Shown: one piece after another, positions 52,240 through 63,223 of the stretch
How the letters are laid out: the number at the start of each line of letters is the position of its first letter
Position numbering within the stretch: position 1 is the first letter of the stretch
From: Antechinus flavipes
Lineage: Eukaryota
Length of the DNA: 64,000 nt
NCBI RefSeq assembly: GCF_016432865.1
Contig: NC_067400.1
Location: forward strand, 334,552,001 to 334,616,000
Direction: 5' to 3'
Position numbers and translations under genes: made by a program
The notes under the pieces: generated by a model
Told to the model about the DNA's origin: nothing
Database searches by the model: none
Seen by the model: only the letters and a program-made list of their open reading frames with translations

Positions 52240-53096
52240 TTTAATTATCAACTCTATGCAATGACTTCCAAATTTATATTATTCTCTATTATTATATATT
52301 ATATATAATATTATACTATATATATTACTCTATTATATACATATATATTACTCTATTCTCTTCCCTGAACTTCAATCCTGTATCACCAATTTCCTATTGG
52401 ACATTTCAAACTGAACACCCTGGAGTCATTTTGAATTCAATATCTACATAACAGCTCATTGTCTTTCTCCCTCAATCCTAGCCCTTTTCCAAATTTCTCT
52501 ATTTCTGTCAAAAGAACTACTATTCTTCCAGTCTCTTTCATTCATAAATTTGATATTATTCTTGGATTTTCTCTTTACTTCATCCCATATACCCAACTAG
52601 TTGTTAGATCTTGCCATTTTTGCCTTTTACAATATCTGTTAGATCTGACCTCTTCTCTCTATTCTCATATCTGCCACCTAAGTTCAGTTCCTCATCCTTT
52701 TTCACCTAAATGATTCAGAATGACCTCCAAATGTCCCTCCCTGCTTTAAGCATCTTCCCACTTCAGTCTTCAAGAAATTCACTGAATTTCTTTAATTATA
52801 CTTTTGTCCATGACACTTCCCTATTCAATAAACTTGGGTGACTAGAATAAAATATAACCTCCTTTATTTGATTTTTAAAGTTCTTCATAACTTGGTCTTA
52901 TCCTATCTTCACAGTTCCATTGGAAATGACTACTGTTTCCACATTTTATGATCCCAGTAAGGTAGCTTTTTCTTTGTTCCTTAAGCATCCCCTGTCCCAA
53001 GCATTTTTCACTCATTATTCTCTAGAATGCGCTGCCAACTCATATTTGTCTCATAGTATCGATCTCTTCTTTTAAGACACACTCAAGAACCACCTT
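52240..53096 (+). mobile_element. L2 fragment, interrupted at 53097 by L1 and resuming about 53566
   Basis: L2-type sequence (ttaattatcaactctatgcaatgacttccaaatt…). Confidence 0.7.
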
Positions 53097-53553
53097 TTTT
53101 TTTTTTAAATTAAACCTTTTTATTTTCAAAATATATGCATAGATGATTTTTCAACATTAACCCTTGTAAAACCTTGTGTTCCAATTTTCTTCCACCATCC
53201 CCTAACCCCTCCCCTAGATGGCAAGTAATCCAATATATGTTAAACATAGTATAAATATATATTAAATCCAACCTATGAATACATATTTATACAATTATCT
53301 TGCTGCACAAGAAAAATCAAATCAAACAGGAAAAATGAGAAAGAAAATAAAATGCAAGCAAACAGCAACAAAAAGAGTGAAAATGCTATATTGTGGTCCA
53401 CTCAGTTCCCACAGTCCTCTCTCTGGGTGGATGGCTCTCTTTATCACAAGATCATTGGAATTGGCCTGAATCATCTCATTGTTGAAGACAGCCATGTCCA
53501 TCAGAATTGATCATTGTATAATTTTGTTGTTGACATATACAATGATCTCCTGG
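53097..53553 (-). mobile_element. L1 3' end
   Basis: Poly-T tail; 12-bp TSD aagaaccacctt at 53085-53096 and 53554-53565. Confidence 0.9.
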
Positions 53554-54564
53554 AAGAACCACCTTCTAAGTGAACCCTTTCTTCATCCCCTCAATTGCTA
53601 GTGCCTTCCTTCTCCTTAATAAATGATTCTTCACTGACTGGCTCCACTTTTTATTTGTACTTATTTATATTTATTCTATGCTTGCACAACCCAGGATTCA
53701 AATTGGAATCATTTAAAACTCTACTCATTGTTAAAGAGAATGATGATTCAGTGCAACAAATCTATGTGAGGGACAGAATTGGCCTTAGAGCTTGTGAGAG
53801 AAGACAACTTTTCTTGCTTTCGCTTTGAGAGAAAACACATGTGGTTGAAGATATTCATTAGAGAGAAACCCAGAGAAAGAGAGAGAGAAGCAAATTTAGG
53901 AAGCAAAAGATATGCGGAGGAATCAGTGATTCCGTGTGTCTCTGATTTCCAGCTTGCTTCTCTAGAGATTTTGGAAAATTTCCTCTTGGGTGAATATTCT
54001 CTGTCTCTGTCTCTATGTTTCTCTGTCTCTCTCTGATTCTGTCTCTGTCTGTCTCTGTATCTCTCTCCTCTCCCCCACCCAACTCCCCCTTTTTTCCTGA
54101 GATATCTTGATCCCATTGGGATTTACTCTATTTCTGGTACATTCTAATCAATATAATTCCTTTAAGCTCTGTTTGCTATTGCTTGGATAAATGTTTTTAT
54201 TTTCTATTCACTATATACTAATTTTTTTTTTTTATGATTTTATGTGTAATTAACATTTGTTGAGAAGGAACCCAGCCTTTGGATATAAATGGGATAATTT
54301 TTCCACTTTAGGAGATAGCAATCACACAAGCAGTTTGAACCTAAAAAATCATTTTTTTCTAGGCTAATAATATCTAGAATGGGATAATTAGATGTAATTC
54401 TAGCCAGTACCCCTCTTTCTGAGGAGAGCTGAGTGGCCAGCCTTGTGGGGATAATTTCTTGCTCCCTTCCAGTCAGGAACCAAAGTCATCCTTGGCGATG
54501 GGTGGATGAAATTTCTAAGATATCTATTCATATTTCCCCATAAACCACATTTAAATAATTCATG

Positions 54565-54725
54565 GGGTTGGGGCAACTAGGTGGCACAGTAGATAGAGAA
54601 TCAACCCTGAAGTCAGGAGGTCCTGAGTTCAAATCTGATCTCAGACATTTAACTGAGTTTAAATCTGCTCTCAGACACTTAACACTTCTTAGCTGTGGGA
54701 TCCTGGGCAAGTCACTTAACCCAAG
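54565..54725 (+). mobile_element. WSINE1-like SINE with an internal 30-bp tandem duplication
   Basis: ggggcaactaggtggcacagtagatagag head; duplicated unit at 54623-54652 and 54653-54682 (27/30 identical). Confidence 0.85.
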
Positions 54726-56059
54726 TAATGGGGCTTCATAAAAAAAGGAGAGCATATGTAAAAATACCTTACACTTATACAGCATGTTTGGATGCCTTGT
54801 GTATGCATATTGTTTTTCCTATTAGAATATATGCCCTTTGAGAAGAGTTATTTATTCATTGTATTTGCATCCCTAGTGCAGGGTATATAATAGGTGCTTA
54901 ATAGATACTTGTTGGCCAATTGCCAAAAATTCACATTTATAAAGTACAAAGTATTTTTCATTTTACTGATGAGAAATATGAAAACTAAGAAGTGACTTGC
55001 CCAGGACCCCAAATCCAGTAAATGAAAGAGCTAAAGCCTACACATGGGGTTTTCTGATCCTCCAAAATAGTACTTGATTCTCTGCATCACCCTACGGTGA
55101 AGTCAGAGAGCCTATGGAGGTCTATCAGAGCACCATAGCATTTCCCCCTCTGAGTTTACTAGTCAAATGCTTCTTCCTCACACCAGGTTGTGTTGACTCA
55201 ATGACCTAAGCTCAGGGCTGGGGTTATGGGAAGCTGTTGCTATGGGTTACCTCTATCAGCTGCTGCAGATGAGGTTTATAATCCTACTATTCAGCTGGCT
55301 CTCTTTGTCAACACAGCATGATCACTCCATCCCTGCCCAGCTCACTGGTGAGGATCGATCCCCAAATTGCTCAAGAAAAGAGAATCATTCTCAGAGGCCA
55401 CAGTGGTTTGGAAGGGATTAGAAGTGGAGCCTATTGTTTACTTTCCTGCTAGGGTGAGCAGATCAAATTCCAGTCAATGAGACTAATATCCTGGACCTTT
55501 TGCTGAGGCACTCAAAAATGCCACCGTGAGTAATGTCCTGTTTCTTTTTTAGTCTGTCAGTCAGATCAACAGGGTCTTAGGCAGTGTTTGACATTCCCAA
55601 AGGAAAGTGGATTCCCAAAGGAAGAATCATTTATTAAGCATTAGCTATGTGCTAGTCGCTATATATTAAGGGTTAGAGATATAAAGAAAGGCAAGAAACC
55701 ACTGCCTGTTCTCAAGGAACTCATGCTCCAATGGGAGAGAAAACGTGCATTAAAAGGACTGTGTGTTAACAAGATAGTGACAGGATAAAATGGAGATAAG
55801 TTTTGAGGGAAAGGCACTAGGATGAAAGGAAATCAGGAAAGGCTTCTTGCAGAAGGTAAGATTTTAGTTGAGCCTTGATGGATGAGGAGATGGAGATAAT
55901 AGAGGTGACTTGGAGCATCTTGTTACTATGCACTTACACCTTGTATGAGAAAGGGATTTCAGACAGCACTCAAATGATGAGTGATCAGAATTTATGACTC
56001 CCGGGACAGGGTTTTACAATTCAAATAAAGTTAGAAAGGATCGTAAAGATTATTTAGTA

Positions 56060-56128
56060 TAGGGATTCTTAACTCACACTCTGTCTCTCTCTGTCTCTGT
56101 CTCTCTCCCTCTCTCTCTCCGTGTGTGA

Positions 56129-56167
<39 letters not shown>

Positions 56168-56323
56168 GAAGTCTATCAATCCCTTTTCAGAATAGTTTCT
56201 AAATGAATAAAATAAGCACAGGAAACCAACTGTACCAAAATAAAGATTTAATTCCTTTTCTCACCCCATTTAAGGTCATGGATTTCTTGAAGTCTCATCA
56301 CAAATTCCAGATTAAGGACCCCT
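56060..56323. mobile_element. Degenerate hAT MITE containing a (CT)n/(GT)n microsatellite (about 56080-56166)
   Basis: tagggattcttaac and attaaggacccct are approximate inverted termini; Charlie-like internal sequence. Confidence 0.5.
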
Positions 56324-57789
56324 AATCCAAAGCAATTCCTTTATTTAGTTGATAGGGTCCAGAGAAAGGAAATAACTTTAATAAGTGGATACAGAAAGTT
56401 AAGGAGCAGAACCAGGATTTCAATTTAGATTCTCTGCTTTCACTGTCAGGGCTTTTTTCATAGCACTCTGTTTTACCCAAGGGGCAAATTCTGGTTTAAA
56501 AATTGTATTCTGTGACTCTGTTCTATTTCCATTTCAAAGAGAAACTGTCAGATGCTACATTTAAGATGTACCATTGCAGAGGGTAAAAAGTCAAAGCTTC
56601 CCTTCCCTGAAGTGAGACCTCAGTCCTAAATAATGCAACCACCCAAGGGGACTTCCCAGAGTTTCTAACTTTGAGTCCATAGGGGAGTAAGTCTGCAAAA
56701 ATGTTTCTTTTAAACCACATTTCTTTCAGAGAAGTAAAATAGTACATAGGAAGACTCCACAGGACAGGTAGGAATTTTTCTTACTGGGATCTGACAGGCT
56801 GCTTACAAGTTCAAGGTTTCTGAAGCTTAAAAATCTCTCTCGTCAGGGTACAATAACACATCCATGGATGCAGAGTGCCATAATGAATGGAGTATTCAAT
56901 AGTATTTTATTTTTCTAAATATATTCCAAATACAAAGATTGTTTTTTAACATTTATTTTTGTAAGAGTTTGTGTTCCATATTTTTCACCCTTCTTCTCCC
57001 TTTCTCCTCTCCCTAAGATAGCAAGCAATCTGATATAGGTTATACATGTAAAATACTTTTAAACCTATGAATGAAGTATTGGCCTTGGAATCAGGAAGAC
57101 TTTTCTTCAGCTTTTGCCTTAGCTGTAGTTGTGGAACCCTGCTTAATTTAATTAATCTTGCTGCACTCAAGTTTTCTCATGTATAAAAAGGGGATAATAA
57201 TAGTGAATATTAATGAAATAATAAATAAATGAGGATATAATAGGAATAATAATCATAGGATTGTTGTGAGGAGCAATTGAGATATTGTACATAAAATGCT
57301 ATGCAAACCTTAATGGGTTATATAAACGTGAGTTGCTTTTGTATAATAACCCTATGAGATAGATACTAATAGAGAAATGGGTGTATGTATGTATGTATGT
57401 GTGTATGTGTGTTCAAATGGCTTATGGCCATATGAAAAGATTCCATAATGTGTTATATTTGTGTGATTTAAAGCAAATGTATGATTTTAGACCTTAAAAT
57501 TTAATGTAAATAACAAACCAACCCAGGAACTTAAAGTTATATTAATTTGATAACAATCTAGTTGATAGAATATCAGACAGAAGATTAGTGTCTCTACCTT
57601 TTTTAAAACATTTTATTTCTCTAGTTTTCGGTTTTCTCATTTGTAAAATGAGTAAAATGTAAAAGGTACCTTTTTTTTTTTTAACCTTTAAGACCCATTC
57701 TAACTTGAATTCTATGATCTTATGGTAGACTTTCTAAGGATGATAGGTTCTGGCTACCAATATGAAGAAAGACAGAAGACATACCAACA

Positions 57790-58165
57790 TTTGTATAAGA
57801 TAATGTCATCATCTTAAACTGGGGAGAAAAGAAGACTTAGGGGGGACTTCATAATGATCTATAATTGTTTGAAAGTTGTCCTGTGGAAGAGGGATTGGAA
57901 TTGTTTCCTTGTTCCTATAAAGCTAAATTATGATTAATAAGAACTATGGGTACAGAAAAGGATATTTTTGCTCAATATAAGAAAAAAACTTCTCAGTTTC
58001 AATTGTCCAAAAGTGGTATGGGCTGATTTGATCAAATATTGTGTTCCCTATCCATAGAAATCTTTTAAAGAAGACTAGATACTTGTCTGGAACTTTATGG
58101 ACAATATTGCTTTGGAGTTGGATAAATGACTTCTGAGTTCCTATCTAATCCTGTGATTCTGTGAA
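57790..58165 (+). mobile_element. L3/CR1 3' end
   Basis: ctggggagaaaagaagacttaggggggacttcata…cctgtgattctgtga. Confidence 0.75.
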
Positions 58166-59825
58166 ATGATTATAAATGTGGGCTTTACAGTACCAAAAGC
58201 ACTCTACTATATCACATTGCTTTCTCTGGACTATAAAGAAAACAGAGCCATAGTTTCTGATAACTGGAAAACAAAGAGCTGGTACTTTGTTGGGAAATAA
58301 GGTGAAGGAAGGCAATGCTTAATTTAAAAAAGTGTTCCTGGTCTTTGTTCTAGGAGGTTATTCAGCATTGTCAGAGAGTATTTCTGCATAGCTCTTTTTC
58401 AGAGTCCAAACTTATCTTTGGGGTTATTAATATTTAACAGTTTCTTAGAAAGCATTCTAGCTATCCTTGAGTTCCAGGCCAGGTATGGAGAGAGGTAAAA
58501 TGTTAATAGTCAATTCTACTGGAAGTGATCATCTACCACCAAGAGGGGAATAGAAATTATATAAAGCTAGAATCTGTGGTCTCTGCTGATTAGTCTGTCT
58601 CTTACTTACTGGTTAAAAAAACAAAAACAAAACCTGCTGATTTGTCTATCTCCTACTTATACTTACTGATAAAAACATAATCCTTTACTAAAACCTACCC
58701 AAGGGAAATGTTTAAGGCTTTTTATTTTTCTTCTTATTGCATTTGATTCTGTGTTTCTCTACATTTAAATCCTTTTAAGGTATCACTCAAACTATTTTCT
58801 CTATTTCTCTATCATTTTTATTGCTTAATCACTGATAATAATAGTTGACATTTATTTAGCACTTTATAGACTGCAAAAAATTTTCATACATTATCTCATT
58901 GGATTCTTGATAACAACAGACCCATTAGCTATATGGAATGATATTTTTACTTACTATACACAAAATAATGTGCCTTGCTCAAGGTCACAGAGAGATCTGG
59001 CAGAGATAGGATTGTAACTCAAGTGTGTCTCTCTAAGTCCAGTGACTCCATTCATCACAATGCCTATGAAGTAATCCTAGGGTTATTTCCAAACTGATAT
59101 CTCCAAACAGCTGTTTGCCAAACAATCCAGATGTTGCCTCATCCCTTGCTTTTACTCCCTTCTCCAACTTTCTATTGTAGCGGGGGAAACCGTAAAATGT
59201 AATCTGACACTGAGATTCCAGTGTAGAAAGGAGAAGGTGTAAGGAGGGCCCAGATTCAAATCACAAAATGGAACCCAAGAGTCTTCAAGGAAAAACATAG
59301 ACCAGACAAGTGAATCTCTAGTGCTTAGAGTTACCACTCCAAGTTCTAGCATTTGATTGGATTTAATTCAACAAATATATATCAAAAGTCTATTATGTCC
59401 AAGGCACCATCCTCTTGTTGAGAGTCTAGAGAAGGAAAAGGCCAAGTTTCTGTCCTTAAATACTTAATCATTTTCTTACATTTTTTTTTTACAACTTTTT
59501 TTTTTTTTTTACAAATTTTGCAAATAGGAAAGAGTTTGAGCTTGGTGGAATGGGAAGAAGGCAAGTTAAGAATTATTGGATTATAGACCTAGAACTGGAA
59601 GGAAGGAGAGAGGCCATTTCCTTGAGAAAAAAATGAGATACAGAGATCTTGAACGTTTGACACTGAATTTGAACTTAGTTCTTTTTGACTCCAATATTAC
59701 TGTCCTTTCCACTACATCATGTTGCCTCTCAAATCAAGAAAACTAGGTTGAGGTCTCTGGTTGACTAGTTAGCAAATCCTAGTTTATCTATGAAATATAT
59801 AATATCTAGACTAACTATGTCACAG

Positions 59826-60070
59826 GCAGCTATGTGGCACAATGGATAAAGGTGCTGGGCCTGGAGTTAGAAAAATCTGAGTTCAAATCCCAGTCTCTCA
59901 TATTTATTAGCTGTGTGACCCTGGGCAAGTCACTTATCACTGTTTGCCTAGGTTTCTTCATCTGTAAAATGAGCAGGAGAAGCTCATTTACCATTATCAT
60001 TATCTTTGACAAGAATACCCCAAACAGTCACTAAGTCAATCAGACATGATTGAAATGATTAAACAACCAC
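59826..60070 (+). mobile_element. MAR1-type CORE-SINE
   Basis: ggcagctatgtggcacaatggataaag head, CORE, RTE-type tail. Confidence 0.8.
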
Positions 60071-60717
60071 AAATTACCTCACAAGGTAAAGTACTATAGA
60101 AAAGTGAGCAGCTATCTTTGTGGAATACAGAAGAGAAGGGGGAAAGGAATAATATTTTCTTCTAATTGCTTGTTACATGATTATATTTTATTTTCCCACC
60201 AACTATAGGGGCTTCTTATTTTAATTCCTCCATAGTTCTCAGGCAGATTAGAGACTCAGTAGACTGACTCTACAATGCAAAGACTGTTATTCCCCAGAAA
60301 GGTTTTTAAAAATATTTTTTTACTTTTGGACACATGAATTTAATGAGGATGAAGAAATTTCATTAAGAAAAAGAGTTGTTCAGAAGGAACTTTAATTTGT
60401 TTAAGTTCTCTGCATTTCTATTCTCTCAGATTGATTAGCTGATAACCCTTTGAGAATTTTCAAGCAGAAGAAAACCAGGGGGGGCTTTCTGATCAGGTTT
60501 GGCTTGAATTAGATGAAATCTTTTTCAACTCTGAAAGTATAATTCTGGGATGAGTAATATATATTTGCATGCCTAGTATTTTAAATTTTACAAAATTATC
60601 CTTTGTCCTAGGTCAGTCTTATCTTATGACTTGTGAGAACTGAAAGGCATTTCTGCTTCTCCCATTTGAGCCAGTTTAAGTAGAAGACCAGATGCTGAGT
60701 ACTTTACTTCCTCATGG

Positions 60718-61791
60718 ATGTACGGATCTTATCTCAGAATGGCTGAAGAGACCATGCTGAGTCACCTGGGGGGAAAGGCCACCCCACTCCAGGTGGAAAT
60801 TGTTAACCTAGCACCCGCTTTTTATCAGCTTCCGGGGAACAGCTCCTTGGAACTCGAGAAGGCCTTTTGGACGCTCTTACCCTCGCTCCGTTGGTTCCTC
60901 CTTCCTTTGACTCTGCTCACCACGGTCACACTGACCTTGAGCCCCCTTCTCTTGGTCACTATCCTGCGGAAGAAGAAATTCCGGAGTGAGCCCCGTTACT
61001 TGCTCTTTGCTAACATCATATTCTCAGATCTGACCTATATTCTGTTCCATGTGCTGGTTTCAACAAGTAACCTCACCGGTTGGAGCCTCGGGCGCGTTTT
61101 CTGCGGCATCCTCACTGACGTGATATTTATCGCCTATGCAAGCACCATCTTGTCATTCACCGTCATGGTGGCAGACACCTACCTTGCGGTCATGCTCCCG
61201 CTTCGCTATCTCTCCCTCATGTCCACGGCCACCGCCAGGAAAGTGGTGGCGGTGATCTGGGTGGTAGCCTGCTTCTTCCCCACCTTCCTGGTTTGGTTCA
61301 GCAAACGGCGGGATTCTCGATTGACAAATGACCACTCGCTGTGTATCCTGCAGCTGACCCTGAATTCCCACGCGGACACCAATCACCTGATCACGGTTGC
61401 TCACGTGTTCATCTTCTGCGCCCTCTTTGTCTGTGCGGCTCTGATCTCCTACTGCTACGTAAAGATCTACCACGTGGCCAGGACGTCGGGCCTTTGCATC
61501 AATCGTTATTCGAGGGCCAAAGGAACGTTGCTGATTCATACGATGTTAATTGTACTGTATATCAGTCCCGTGGTGCTTTTCGCCGTGGATCTTATGCTGT
61601 CTAAGAACCGTCGCATTGGAAACAACGCCCGATTATGGTTGATGGCCATTAACAGTGAAATACTGATGCTACTTCCTAGAGCCCTGCTGCCTTACTTGTA
61701 CGGACTGAGATATCGGCAGCTTCTCCAGTCTCTCAAAGGCTTAGTCTCTAGGCGAAGAACCAGTGATATTCAAACAATTTCCCTTGGTTAG
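60718..61791 (+). CDS. GPR148: Orphan class A GPCR GPR148 (intronless; start could be Met at 60718, 60739 or 60754)
   Basis: Seven hydrophobic segments; SPLLLVTILR, EPRYLLFANIIFSDL, CGILTD, STILSFT, TYLAV-PLRYLS, YSRAKGTLLIH, NSEILMLLPRA and LRYRQLL match human GPR148 as recalled; intact 357-aa ORF. Confidence 0.92.
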   Translation: MYGSYLRMAEETMLSHLGGKATPLQVEIVNLAPAFYQLPGNSSLELEKAFWTLLPSLRWFLLPLTLLTTVTLTLSPLLLVTILRKKKFRSEPRYLLFANIIFSDLTYILFHVLVSTSNLTGWSLGRVFCGILTDVIFIAYASTILSFTVMVADTYLAVMLPLRYLSLMSTATARKVVAVIWVVACFFPTFLVWFSKRRDSRLTNDHSLCILQLTLNSHADTNHLITVAHVFIFCALFVCAALISYCYVKIYHVARTSGLCINRYSRAKGTLLIHTMLIVLYISPVVLFAVDLMLSKNRRIGNNARLWLMAINSEILMLLPRALLPYLYGLRYRQLLQSLKGLVSRRRTSDIQTISLG

Positions 61792-62033
61792 TGCAGCAAG
61801 GAAGCTCATCAGTCATGTTAAATGGCTTAGAGGATTAATTTCTCTAGACATCTCAATTATTTTTTCTGCTATAGTGGAATGTTTTGTTTTTTTTTCCTAT
61901 AAAAGTCTAGTCAACAAACATTCATGGGGTGCCTACTCTTCGTCAGACACTGAGGTCTGTGCTGCTAACTGCATCCTCAGTCTCTGGAGACCAAATAGGA
62001 AATAAAACTTTCCCCAAAGAGCCCTTGATTATT

Positions 62034-62055
62034 AATAAATAAAACAAAATAAAAG
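62034..62055 (+). terminator. Cluster of AATAAA signals downstream of GPR148 (also 62001 and 62150)
   Basis: AATAAA at 62034, 62038 and 62048. Confidence 0.5.
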
Positions 62056-62853
62056 AAGGAAGTGCCAAGAACTACTTTCAACCTTTTCTTACTTTAATTC
62101 CTGGACCTTGTAGGTTTCTGTTTTAATTTGTTCACTTTTCTGATTGGTGAATAAAATGTCTGAGTTGGGGAGGAGTCAGGGAGTTGAAATGTAATTTTGA
62201 CTTGATGGCGGGACCAAAGGTCTATAAATAGTTCAGCTACAACTTTGTTTAGCTCTTATCTCCCTGTCCTTAACTTTATTACAAATGACCATAAATGACC
62301 ATGGGATTTTCTGTATAGAGTGTTACTGTTAAATGTCTAAGCTCCAGAAAAAGCATTTGTCAGACAGTTTTATTTATTACCTGATTATAAAGTATAATTA
62401 CTCTGGGTCATCTACCAGCCTGTGGAAATAGCTTTGTTATTAAAAGTCTTATTTTCTATATGGCATTGGCTTTGTTAATGTTTTAATCATTTCATGTCTA
62501 AATTCAAGAGTGAGTTGATCATATAGCTAATCTCTCTCCTGCCTGTCCTTTTGCTGTATAAGAAGGCAGAAACACGATATCACAGCTAGAAAAACCTATC
62601 AAGCACTGAAACAAGTGGAATTAAAGGGAATTTTGTGTCTACCCTTTAGTGAACTGAAATGCTTATTTTTATAATTTCCCATGTCTCTGCTGTCTTCATT
62701 GAGACTGTAAGGTCCCAAGAACCAAAGATTAAATCCTTTTGCTTTAGCTTCTGTAGTATGACTCAATCCTATTTCTTTCTTTTCTCTCCCATGGTCCAGG
62801 CATCCCACTTGCTGCCTCTAAATATGTCCTAACCTAACCTAACTTAACCTAGT

Positions 62854-62975
62854 GGGTGCTAGGTTAACAATTTCCACCCAGAATGGGATAGCCTCCCCCT
62901 TTCCCCTCCTTCCCCACGTGACTCAACATGTTTTCTTCAGCATGTTTCTGGGATAAGATTTGTACATCCAATGAG
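62854..62975 (-). repeat. Inverted copy of the GPR148 5' region (60711-60816)
   Basis: 62854-62878 is the exact reverse complement of 60792-60816 (25 bp); homology continues outward at roughly 85% by eye. Confidence 0.93.
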
Positions 62976-63004
62976 AATTTAAGGACTTTGCTCAGTGATG
63001 TTCC

Positions 63005-63223
63005 CTTAGAATACTCCTTCATATTTGTTCCATCTATCCAAATTCTACCTACCCATGAGTGTCAGCTCATATTGTACCTCCATCATGAATTCTTCCTAGA
63101 CTACCTCTATTTATATTGAACTGTTATAATATTTCTAGTCCACATTATTTGCCTAATCTTAAATTTTTTCATATTATTAAAATTATTTTATATCTCATCA
63201 ATCAGATTGTGAATACCTTCAGG
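63005..63223 (+). mobile_element. L2 3' fragment; its tail appears to resume about 63415-63555
   Basis: cttagaatactcc…agattgtgaataccttcagg, later tagcacagtacc and agtaaacatttgagttgaaatgaat. Confidence 0.55.

Noticed and set aside
61153-61604. Antisense 128-aa and overlapping 87-aa ORFs on GPR148
   Set aside because: Shadow ORFs of a GC-rich CDS; no independent signals.
62828-62852. (AACCT)n as an interstitial telomere
   Set aside because: Vertebrate telomere is TTAGGG; only about four imperfect pentamers, better explained as junction stutter.
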